DNA of 63,841 nucleotides, filler included, from Vezdaea acicularis (Eukaryota), in the NCBI GenBank assembly GCA_026025075.1. It is 3 parts of 3 records of this genome, joined end to end, with 100 filler letters (N's around TTAATTAATTAA, not from the genome) between each part and the next. Parts side by side here need not be neighbours in the genome. Positions count along the whole stretch, not along the records: positions 24,569 to 48,615 come from JAPEUI010000183.1; 2 more parts are not named here. One strand, written 5' to 3'. The notes under the pieces are model-generated. The model saw only the letters and a list, made by a program, of their open reading frames with translations. It ran no database searches and had not been told where the DNA came from. Positions 26,951 to 38,743 of the stretch are shown here, piece by piece. A program made the translations under genes and the position numbers. Positions within the stretch are counted from its first letter, which is position 1; the number at the start of each line of letters is the position of its first letter.

Positions 26951-29029
26951 ATGAACCACAATCAGTCGTGGGATATGCATCAACCGCACCTCTCGGCAGG
27001 GCCGCAGCATGCCCCTTCAACGGCCACCACCGGCGGCATGCCACAGTACTCATATTCGCAGCCGCCATTACTACAACCGGGACCGAACACTTATGCGTCG
27101 AACCCATATCCCCAATATGGGTACGCGAATGGCATCACCTCACCTCAGCCAGCGGTGAATCCCGTTTCGGCTCCGATGGGCTCTGGGATGGGCTCCCATC
27201 TTCTCCCGCTACCTGGTTTGTTTCCATCATCGTTTGCAGCAGAGCATAGCTTCATACTGACGTTTCTCCTCTAGCCATGACCCAACAGCCCCAGCCACCG
27301 CAAGGCCAAGCGATCGTTTCTGGCGGACAATACGCACAGCAGACGATGGACACGACGGGTCAAATTGCACCTGCTGGAATGAAGCCGAGGGTCACGGCCA
27401 CTCTTTGGGAAGATGAGGGAAGCTTGTGCTTCCAAGTGGAGGCGAAGGGCGTCTGTGTGGCCCGGCGTCAAGGTAGGGCTCATCTTTTTTCACAAGTCAC
27501 AATCTTCGGAAAGGCTAACCAGGCCGTGCTCTAGATAACCACATGATAAACGGGACGAAGCTGCTAAACGTAGCGGGAATGACACGAGGGCGCCGAGACG
27601 GGATTCTTAAAAGCGAGAAGACGAGGCATGTCGTGAAAATCGGGCCAATGCATCTGAAGGGCGTTTGGTGAGTTCTTTTTTTTCCCCTTCTTTCTTTCTT
27701 CGCACAGCGAAAGGTTTCGAGAAAAGCTGCTGATTCAATTTTAGGATTCCTTTCGAGCGTGCCCTCGACTTTGCCAACAAGGAAAAAATTACAGAGTTGC
27801 TGTACCCTCTTTTCGTGCACAACATCGACAACCTGCTCTATCACCCGGCCAATCAGCGAGCAAACGTGACGATGGCGGCGGCGGAACGCCGAAAAGCTGA
27901 AGGTGCAGGTCAGCCGCAGTACCAAAACCCGCGCGTGTCTGCTCCACCCCCGCTTCATCATCATCACTCGATGCAAAATCCCATTGGTGCACACCATCCG
28001 GGACCTGCGCTAGGGTCGCACCCCGGACCGCGACCGTCTCTGGATAGGGCTCATACGTTCCCTACCCCTCCAACGAGCGCCTCAAGTCTCGGGATGGGTG
28101 GCCATGACGGTAGCTTCCAGTGGAGTGCACCAGCCATGGGGAGCATGCAGCCCAGTCAATCGCTGTCAATCGACACGGGCTTGAGTAACGCACGTTCGAT
28201 GCCGACTACGCCCGCCACCACGCCACCGGGCAGCACCATCCAGAACATGCAGCAGTACTCGGGCGGGCAGACGTACGAGAACTCACGACCGTCCATGTAC
28301 TCGGCGGCGCCGTCTCAACAGAGTCAGTACGTCGCTCAGCCGACTGTTGCCCAGCAGAACCTGGCGAGATTTGGTGCGCCGCAGGGTCAATACATCAAGA
28401 ACGAGATGGGACCTCCTTCCTCCCGCGCTCAAGACGATATCAAGCCCAACGACGGGCTGATGCCGCAGAGCCAGGGAAACGGTCAGGTGGGCCATGGGAC
28501 GGGTGAGGAGGAGGCCGAGCATGAACATGATGCAGAGTACACGCACGACGCCAGTGCTGGTTACAGCGCCAACCGTGGTCCATACAATAACTACAATGCC
28601 GCCCCGACTGTCGGAACGTTGACGGGAGAGCATCCTCACCTCTCTCCAGAGATGACGGGCTCTCCACATAATAGTGCTTCCGGCCGTGCCACACCACGCA
28701 CCGCTCCGGCTCCGGCTTCCTCCTGGGGTGCTGTGCAGCAGCCGGGTGGTTATCATACACCGCCCCGGGCTGCAGCTCCCACGACCAACCTGTACAGCGT
28801 CATGGGTGATCAACGAGGCCCAGCCGCGAACGGAGCTACTCCCAACAGCGCATATTCATATCCTTCCCAGCCGACCATGAACGGAACGAAACGCATGCGC
28901 GAGATTGATGATGATGGTGACCGAGGTTCCCGACCCGGTAGTCGAGGAGCCGGCGAAGATATGGACGCGATGAAGAGGCGCAAAATGTTCCGTGAAGGGT
29001 TAGTCTCTGGAGTGGCCGGTCTTGCCTGA
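26951..29029 (+). CDS. stuA: APSES transcription factor StuA/Asm-1
   Basis: Exons 26951-27215, 27275-27472, 27535-27667 and 27745-29029. APSES domain [79 protein letters not shown]; also RAHTFPTPP and [15 protein letters not shown] possible non-AUG start lies at 26576. Confidence 0.96.
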
Positions 29030-30810
29030 AAACGTTTTTTGCTTATCGTGGGGTTCGCAGCGCTACCGTCTAAGCTCGGACGAAAAAGGGTATCACGCAA
29101 CGACTTCAACGAAACGGCATATTATAGACCATGGCGGCGCATTGTGTTATCGACTCGAGGTTCTTTTTATAGCGTCGAACGCCTCGCGCGTTCTTCTCGC
29201 TGAATGACGAAATGGGCTCGGATCATTGGATATGGTTCAAAACGTAGCGGGTGTTGCTTGTCGAATTTGACATGTCTCGATCTACGATGGCCTTCGGAAT
29301 ATGGACAAGGAATTTTACGATTGTGCATCTGTGTGAACAGATCACGCCCGACCTGAGGATGTCCCTCGCAACAGACAAATTTTTCCTTTGAACTCTAAAA
29401 AGAAAACTTTACACCATTACGGTTGTGTGCTACTACCTTTTATTTTCCTTGCTCTCTCGCGAGAGGGCGCCGTACTTGACGACCTGAGACGACCATTTGG
29501 CTTTTTGTTTGCATCTTTAAATGAATTCTCACGAGCGGTCGATGACCCTCGCACTTATCCTTCATGATCAGCGTTGCATGTTTCGCGCTTCCCCTCTCAA
29601 GACACGTCACGTACCAAAGCGCTTTGTACTCAGATTCACCCAAACCTCCCTTCACTTCTTCAAACGAACGCAAAACTCGTCAAGCGATCCTTATTGGTAA
29701 TTTCTACCTTTCTCTCTCTCCCTCATTCAAAAAACAACAAAGGCGGGCATATTGTCGACAGGCTTGCCCTGCGTCCCCATCATGTTACTTGCTCATGACC
29801 CTAAGAAACGTGGTCGAGGCGCGCTCGGCGGGGGGCCTAGTGGGGATGGATGAGACTAGCTGGCCGAGATTTAGAGTTCCCTTCTTGGCCGCTCAACTTC
29901 TCCCTTTCTTTCATCAAACTCTTCTACTTCTCCCGCTTACTCCAAAGCACCCTTTCTGTCTCTTTCTTCACTTCAAACAAATCTGACACTTGGCTCTTCT
30001 TCTCCTGATGATGATTATGATGATGAATATCCCGCGTGTGATAACTGCTCCTGCTCTGCTATTTCTTTCCTTTCCTTTCTTTCCTTCCCATTCTTCCATG
30101 CTGCTGCTGCGGGAAAGCGAGGGAGGAATCTTACCTGAAAAGGGTTTAGCTCGGTTCGGTTCGTGGGATTGATTAGCTCTACTTAGCTTAGGGAAATTTA
30201 TTACGAAAAAGCTTTGCTTTGCTTTGCTTTCCTTTGCTCTTCTGTTTACCGGCTTCTGCAGTTCGTAAAGTGTGTTCTGTGTCCCATCCTCCATCCTCCA
30301 TACTCCATAGACGACAGTACCCCCCCCCCCCCCTTTTTTTTCTCTCACCTTCTCAACTTTTCTTCATCCCATCCCACCACGTCTCCGATTCTTATCCGTT
30401 CGTCCTCTTCCCTTCACCCCCCCCTGTCGTCGTCGTCGTCGTCGTCCTCATCAGAGTTTAGCCAAGCCAGAGTTATCCTACCCCCTCATTCCCCCCCCCC
30501 CTCTGTTTCTCTGGTTCGGAACGCTGCGTGAGCTGGGACGGACGGGATTTTTCTGAGGGGGGAATGAGGAGGGGGGGGGGCAGCACATATCTCTCGAGCT
30601 CAGCCCAAAAGGGGTGGGGGGGGGAAAAGCGGAAGAAAGGGGGGAAGGATACATCCACTATTTCTACGCAGGAGAAGATAAGAAGTATCGATCGCCACAG
30701 AAAGCGCGTTCTTCCCCCCCCCCACCCCCCCCACCCAAACCGTTCTCTCTATTGTATATGCATGAAAGAGAGGAGGATTTTTGGTTTTTGGTTCTAGATA
30801 CGCGTGTGAT

Positions 30811-30846
30811 AGGCGGGTGTGACAGGCGGGTGTGACAGGCGGGTGT
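30811..30846. repeat. Short tandem repeat (AGGCGGGTGTGAC)x~3
   Basis: aggcgggtgtgac aggcgggtgtgac aggcgggtgt read directly. Confidence 0.75.
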
Positions 30847-31078
30847 GTACGTTCTGTGTTGAAGTCTTGAGACTACCTAATCTTCTCAGGTGTTTACCCC
30901 TCCCACACCCCCCTCCCGCTGTGTTAGGGGGAGGGGGGTACGGTTTCAATACCATCCACACATACTCCACACCCTCCACAAACACACACATCACACACAC
31001 CACAAACACTCACCCACTCTAACCTAACACAAAGTGTCCACACCCTCGACATAACCCCAGCACCAACGAAACGAAACC

Positions 31079-33512
31079 ATGTCTCCCTCCCACCATAGCC
31101 ACCCACGAAACACTCCCCAGCTACCCCTGAATACTCATCCTCAGCGCCGTAGCAGTACCAGTAGCGAGCAAGACCCAGAAAAAGACTTCACGAGCCTCCT
31201 CTCGCACCTGCGCGGCTTTCGAAGGGGTAAGGGACAGCAGTCGCAACAGCAGTCGCAGAAGACACACCCCCTCCCCCTCCCCCTATTCCTAACTCACCTC
31301 TCCCACAGCGCCTCAACCGCCGCGATCCAGCACCGGATCCAGCACGCACTACCACACTCCGCACTCCTGAACCTGCGACTTGTGAATAGAGCGGTACGGG
31401 AATGGGTGGACCTCCTCTCACCCAGCCCCTTTTCCAGCATTTTCGTCAGGGTCTTAAGAGAGGTGTTTCCGGGATTGTCAAGAAAGTTCGCGGGGGGTGT
31501 GGAGGTGAAGGTGGAGGTGGAGGTGAAAGCGCTGGAGAGGATTGGGGGGAAAGTGAGAGAGATGGTGCTTCTGCTGTCAGGTGGCCGACTTTTGCGGGGG
31601 CCGCTGAGCTCGACGTCGAACATACTCGAAAGAGTTCCGCGAGGGACAACCACCCAGGAGAGCAGCGCCCGCATAGCCACCACGGATCCAGCGGGACAAG
31701 CACCACGACGAGCCCCAGTCGTAGTGCGGACTCGCGCAGCCACCAGCTCTCACACACTCTCAAGCGCTTGTTGGGAGGAAGAAGAGGAAGGGTCCAACGT
31801 AACCTCATCTGCACCCCCACCACCAACCCCAGTCCACCTGCCCCCCCCACCTCGGAGCGCAGGCTACTGTTCGGGTTCCGTAGACGAACAAGCAGCTCCA
31901 CCTCGCGGAGCTCATGGAGTTCCATATCCTCATCCCTCAAACGGCTGCGCCGCGGTCGTCGTCGATCATCCAGCTTTACCTCACGAACGTCCTGGAGCTC
32001 TATATCCTCGTCTGTCAAACGCTTCCGCCGCCACAGCAGCGCGAGCAAAGAGCGGGAGGAGACGTAACGGAAGCGGATTGGACCGTTCACAGCCGCCGAA
32101 TGTCGTGCGCAACTCCGGCGCGCGGAGGAGGAACGCGCGAGACAGTTGGGACGACGACGACGGCAGCAGCAGCAGCAGCAGGCTTGGGCGGGGTTCTCGG
32201 GCTTGGAGCGAGACCCGCCTGGTACGAGACTGCGGTTCGCGAATGGCGATGGTGCGGGACTTGGATGCTGGTACGGTGGCGAAGAGAGGAGAGGGGGGTA
32301 TGAGTGGAAGGTCCCGGCGGTCGGGCTGGTGTCATTCACCGAGAAACGGCCGCGGCGGGGAAAGAGACGGAAGCGGCGGCATTGGCGGGGGTGAGAGGGA
32401 AGGGGTGAGACAGAAGGGGAATGAGAGGGAGGGAGTGGGTGAGCACTCTTCCGTTCGCTCTCAGGAGATGTATGGTGGAGGTATGAAGATATATGATAAG
32501 GGGAGAGAAAGGAGAAAGACTGGGGGGACGCTGGGACCGTGGTGGTCTAGTCAGGGGATAAGAGAGATGAAGACTAGAGCGGCTGAAAAGCGGAAAGAGA
32601 AGAGAGTGGAGACACTACAAGAACCGAATGATGATGAAGAGGAGAGAGAAGAGGTACTGAGTCAGGAGTACTGGACTGAGGTTCTCCGCCACTTGCAAGG
32701 GGTAGATACCTTGACCATCGTCAACGCCCCAGAGGCCCACGCTCCAACCCTCTCCAAGTCCAGCAATGAAGTCCTTCACGCCTTCCTCGCGGCGCTGACT
32801 AGTTCACCGCCAGACAGCTTCCTACCACCGCTCCCGTCTTCGGAGTACACCACGACGGTCCTTCCCCCACCTGTCGTCGCTGCGGTTGCTGAACATGTCC
32901 CTCAGCGACCTTGCCCTTCTCACAAGCGCGACTGTATCCCAAACATCGTTAGGGCTTGGCCAAGACCAAGAGGCAACCAGATCCGAGGAACGGCCAAGTG
33001 GGGTCTGGAGACAGATCTCAAGACTGACACTTGAAGGGCGGCCCCTCTCACGAGTCACTGCACAGGACCTCGACTCCCTCCACATCTTCCTATTGACTCT
33101 CACGCCTAAACTTAGAATCTTTGTGTTCTCTTGGCTTACCGGACCCACCTCTCACGAAGGCGGGGTAAACTCTTTCTTCCTCGAACGTGTACCACGCAGC
33201 AATAGCGCGCCGTCGAGAAGACGCCTGAGCTGGCTAGCGCTGAGCATAGTAGAACTCGCAGGGGTAGACATTTTAGGCAGAGAGACAGCGCAGCTCTTCC
33301 GCCGGGAGGGAAGGGCGCCAGCGCTGGTGGAAGTGCAGGTGTTGGGCGGATTGGCGGATGGGAACGAAGGACTGAGCCTGCTGGCCCGGTCAGGTGTCAG
33401 ACGGGATGGGGCGTGGGAGTGGAGAGATGGGAAGACGGTGTGGGTGATTTGGTTCTGGCTCGAAGGGGATGAGGATCTAGAAGCTCTGGGAGCCGAGGCG
33501 GATGAGCTATAG
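31079..33512 (+). pseudogene. F-box-like protein gene with frame disruptions (pseudogene or assembly indels)
   Basis: N-terminal F-box-like segment LPHSALLNLRLVNRAVREWV. The LRR-like C-terminus (PHLSSLRLL, WRQISRLTL, LHIFLLTL..LRIFVFSW) lies in another frame with no usable intron between them. Confidence 0.55.
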
Positions 33513-33720
33513 CAGATGACTGCGGCCCCTCCGAAGGACTGGATACGCGCAGGAGACGTGGAGAAAAAGGTTGTTGCTACACAGACAGTGAGACGGCGTC
33601 ACGGCGCGGAAAGCCGGAGGGCTGTTTTCGAGGATGCTTCATAAATCCCTGGAGTTTTTGCTTTGGGCTATTTCTTTGGGTTGCTTTTGGAGTTAGGTCC
33701 CTTTCCCATCCAGATCACTT

Positions 33721-36700
33721 TCAAACCCTGGCGGCGCTTTCCCTCTTCTTCTCCTGTGCAAGCCACACCCGCTCGAAGCATCTCCTCCATATCTCTAGCC
33801 ACTTCCTCTGCCTCTCGCTTAGTGGTTTTCCTGGACTCTTCCACCCTTTGACCATGATCTCCCTTAGTCTCGTTCGTAGGGCCTTGATTGCTAGGAGCGT
33901 CTTCCATTCTTCAAGCTTGAACCTTAACCGGTTCCCGTCGAGTACCACTACGCCCGCATACATGTGGAATTGAGCCTCTCCACAGAGCAGGGCGATCGCA
34001 AAGTCGTTCGCTAGAGAGGTTTCATGCGCGTTGTAGAAGCGATTACTGCTCTGCATGATGTGGTAATAACTGAGATACTTCGGGGTGCTGCTTCCTTTAT
34101 TTACAGAGGTTGGGTGAAGCGAGACGCTCTGGTTATTGGCCACGTTACGCCAGCCCTTGCCGTCGCGGACGAGGAGTTTAGGGTAGAAGGCTGCGGCGAT
34201 GATGGAGGCTGCAATGAGATCATTGTCGCTATTCAGATTGACCGCCTGCGGTAGGCTTATGAAGTTTCGATGGCGACTGTTGTTGAAGCGCGCCCGTTGG
34301 AGCGCTTGCCGTTCAGCATCGCCAAGAGCCACAAAACCGGCGTCAGTGATCGCCACAAGTAGCTGTGACTTTAGATCCTCGATGTTCGAGAGCGTCTGAG
34401 GACTTAAAAAGTTTTTGCGACAGAATTGCATCTCGGATTGGCCTGGCGTGCTGCAGACCCGGCGCCAAGCACTGTAGGCATTCCATACGGTAAGAAGATC
34501 TGAATCGCCACGTTTGAAGGATAAGCGCGCAAGGTCTGCCTGCTTGCGAGCACCAAGTGGAGCTTGAAATGGGGATTTAGAAGAGAGAATGGCAGCTATA
34601 GTGATCGTAACGTCCAGGCAGTTAAACGTGCAGCCCAAAAGTATGAGTTTCCCGAGATGAACATCCAAGGGAAGCTTGGCCAGTTGACGACCAAGAGCAG
34701 TAAGCTCTTCACTAGTCGTCAAAGCTTTGACATCAACTAACGAGTCGATTGCTCGGCGGATATTCTTTGCGGACGGAGGGTCAAGAGCCTCAAGGAGTGT
34801 TTCCTCGATCTCTCCTAGCTTGCATATTTTGACTCGGAGGACAAGATCTTGTAGTGAAAGGCGGAGCATCTCCGGTGTTTGTTGCTCAGCTAGGATCTGA
34901 TCATGGCGGGTTTTTGTGAAGAGATGAAAGCAAATGCCTTCTCTGACGCGACCAGCTCGACCCCTGCGCTGCTTCGCATTGGCGCGGGAAATGAAAGATT
35001 CTATGAGCCTCGATAGCTGACGCCGCTCGTCAAATCTCATCTCCTTGTGTTTTCCACAATCGACAACAGCGGTAATGTCCGGAATTGTCACACCTGTCTC
35101 TGCGATGTTTGTGGCGAGAACTATCTTTCTGACACCTTCCGGAGGTATCAAAAAAGCTGCTTCTTGCTCTTCGCTAGCTATTGATGAATGGAGAGGGTAT
35201 ATGTACCATCCGCTTGAGAACGCAGGGTGACCATACAGCATGTCATTCATCTGTCTGATTTCTGCTATACCCGGAAGAAACACTAAGATAGCTTTGCTGT
35301 ACTGGGCATACTTTTGATCTGTGGCGATAGTCTGCAGGAGTAGCGAGACAAAGTCAAAATCAATACGGTACTCATCAAACAGAGACAAAGTCTTTCTTGT
35401 CCTCGTACTATAGCCTTTTAGACTATTCAGGGCATCTTTCTTCGCTTTCGGATCGTCATGACTGGTATCGACTTCTGCATCAAGGTCGTCAAGGTGAAGG
35501 TTTTCCATCGCCTGACCACAGCCATCGTCGAGCTTATAGCCACTAACTTCGATAGCGTCCTCAAGGTATTTTGTGGTGACAGGAAAGGTTCTTCCAGGGA
35601 CGTTGAGGACCGGGGCGTTGTCCAGATACTTAGAAAACCGCTGGGCATCGACAGTCGCTGACATAAGAATTACCTTCAAGTCCGCTCGTTTAAGCATCAG
35701 TTTTCGCAAGACTATCAATAGAAAGTCGCTATCAATTGATCGCTCATGAACCTCGTCAATGATTAGATGTGTGATTTCCTCGAGATCGCCTGAGCCTTCC
35801 AGCATCCTCATTACAATACCCGTCGTAGCGTACACGATTCTTGTCTCCCGCGTCATGTTGGCTTCAAGCCGTATAGCATAGCCAACCATAGATCTTGAAG
35901 TCCCAATATCTTGTTTGCGCTCCCCTAATTCATCGCTGACTCGTCTCGCCAAAGAAATCGCTGAGATACGACGAGGCTCCGTACAGTAAATTTTGCAAGA
36001 TTTCCCTTGCGAAAGCTGCCATTCCAATACAAATGACGGCACTTGAGTAGATTTTCCGCATCCGGTCTCGCCACAGATGATCACGACCTGGTGCCTATCG
36101 ATTGCTTGCGCCACCTCCTCTCTAAAGCTCCATATAGGTAGTTTCATTCGGCCTCGCAACATGGTCTGGTAAGCGTTCGTGGTAGATTTTCGTCTCCATA
36201 GCTCTTTCAGGTAATCAGGAGAGACTTCCGTTCCTAAAGGTGTTCTGGCACCTTCATTTGGTGTCACTCTACCACTTCCGTTGATGTTTCTCTTCCGGAA
36301 ACCATTTGTCAAAATAACACCTTCTTCCTCCTCGGCATCTCGTTTATCCTGTACGAGCTTACGAAGTTTCCGTAGAGTCTCACGATCTGCTCGATCAGTA
36401 ATATCTTTTTTGGCTTCGGCCAGCTCGAGCCAATAATCCCGCCAGACAGGTGGTAATCTTAGATGGATCTTCTCGTCCCGAGTCGAAACAGAGAATATCA
36501 AAAAGAGTGCAGCTGTAGAGATAAGAGCTTCTGACTGGCTAGCTTCGGGGGTAGATATTGATAGCATTGAAAGATATGCTGTCCTCGAGTTTGAAGCGCT
36601 TGTCAAGGAAGCTACAGGTGATGCTTGGACAACGCCTTGATCTTTAGACCATTGAATTGTAAGACTCTGCCTGTTCGAGAAGGAAGCAGATGAAATAACT

Positions 36701-38500
36701 TTATAGGTGAATCTCACACCAGGGTCCCTAGAGGATCTCAAGTCAGCTTACGGAGTCATGAATACTAGGCTACACTGATAAATGTGTGACCAGCTCGGCT
36801 CGAACGAAAAGCCTTCTTTGGGGTCTTTTGTGGAATGCTAATTGAAGACGTACCTGCCTCGACACGCTTCTTCAAGTATTCGACGTGGACTGACACCAGC
36901 CCAAGTTCCAAAGTCTCGTATTAGCATATGGGCTCCGTCGGGAGATTCAAGTATCATCCTAGTAGCACCCGTTGCAGGATCTACGTCGCTTTGAGGAAGG
37001 CTTGCAAATATTCCGCCTAAGATACCTTCTCCGTCCTCATCTTCTTCATTCTCTTGCATGAGTTCTTCCCCTAGTTCTGCGGCATCGTAGCTAACTTCCT
37101 CAGCTACATAGGAATTTTGACTCTCTTCAGCATCCCGGTGGTTATCTGGACCCATTCGAAGGTTTGAAGCCTGTGATTCGTGCATCTCCTTTCGTTGACG
37201 AGCATTTTCTCTGTCCGCTTCTACTTTCTTCCGGATCCAGATCTGATCAGCTTCTCGTTGGTCGAAGAGAGCGTCTGATTCGATCTTCTGAAGCTTCTGT
37301 TTCAACTTTAAAATGTGAGGGGGGTCAGTGGAGCCAGCGGACCTAGTGGGCTTCTTGGATGATTTGCCTTTCTGGGTCTTTATTGAAGCCACAGAGGCCG
37401 GGCTCATTTCGTATAGCTGGAGTTTGGTGGATAGGTATTTTGTGAGGAGTTCGCCGGGCTCGATGTCACTCTCCAGGTCGCTGATCTCACCGAAATCGTT
37501 AGCGATTGAGGACGAAGATGTCTGTTGCCCAAATCAGCCTCACCATCAATCTCACACAGCTGATATCATTTAAAGTGCTGGAGCCCGTTCGTAGAGGATG
37601 CATAGCAGGTGCGTTTATCTTACATCTAAAGGCTCAGCATTCGGAATAGATAGGTCCGACTCGAGTCCCAATTCATCATGTAGGTCTAAGAAATTTAGTA
37701 ATTTGATACTTGGTTGTCGCTGCTTGGGGACAGAGTAGATGCTACTGACCAACATGCATTAAGGCACTAGGCCCCGTAGGCTCGGGTCTTGAAGCAAGAG
37801 CTTCATAACCAGGCAGTTCTGTGCGATCTAACTCCAGAGATAGCCACTCTAATGCTTCATCAAGACCCCAAACTGACTCCTTAGCAGCACTAGATGCGGG
37901 ACCATTTTTAAGAATATGCTCTAGGCACTTCTGTACTGAGCTCTCGTGAAAGCCAACTTCCAAAAGGATCTGTTGTAAAGTCCAGAGTCGAATTATTTCA
38001 TCGTCTTCCGAAACTCTCTTAAATTTAACACTTTGTGGAACGTCCGCAATGAGATTGGTGATACAAGATTCTTCTCGTAGTATTTCGAGTATTTCAGACA
38101 GTTGCTCAACGGGCAGCCACTGACGAGTATTGAGACTTCCTGCTTGTCCCCTCAATAGGCGGCGATCAGTCTGTAGTCTTGATATTTGCCGGGCCCGCTC
38201 TTTCTTAGATTTTTGCGCATGGTTTTCAAGAAGCGCCTGCAATTGCGACTCTTCCAGTTGCTGCTCAAACTCTTCCGGAGTTGTTCCTCTGCGATCGTCC
38301 TGCGTTATCGGCTGGGGCTCATTTTGTGACCAATGGCTTGTTACGATTGGGGCAACCTCATCTGGTTCCTTTACAGCTGGCGCAGAAGATTCAGCTGAAT
38401 CAGCCTCTCTTTCGAGCTTAGATTTTGAGATGGTAGAGGTTGTAGCAAAACCTCTCGATGGGTTAGACGCAGGCTTTTTCTTCTTTTTTCCGGGCGCCAT
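33721..38500 (-). CDS. DEAH-box RNA helicase, DHX29-like
   Basis: Exons 38500-37750, 37685-37624, 37521-36854 and 36727-33721. Helicase motifs GETGCGKSTQ, TEPRRISA, DEVHER, MSAT, ATNIAETGVTI and QRRGRAGR; N-terminal UBA-like ALEWL..ELP; HA2/OB-type C-terminus. Confidence 0.92.
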
Positions 38501-38743
38501 CGTTGTGGTAAATTATATATACTAGTCAACTATATTTTAGAGGGTAGTGCGTCATTCTGGGGATTTGAGAAAGTTTGGGAGCTCGCCGGCAACTCCCGAG
38601 CATCAAGCTTCGCGAAAACTTTCCCTGACTCGAAGAATATGCTCCGAACTTGTACTCGAGCTTAGTACCTCTAATGGATTTGATTGAGATCCTCTCGCTA
38701 TGTGAATATCTTATTCTTCGATCTACACGCCAAAGGATGAAAC

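Noticed and set aside
29440..31050. ORFs and an ATGATGA box C-like run in the stuA 3' region
   Set aside because: They derive from microsatellites and homopolymers ((GAT)n, (GCTTT)n, (TCG)n, poly-C/G); no terminal stem or guide was seen.
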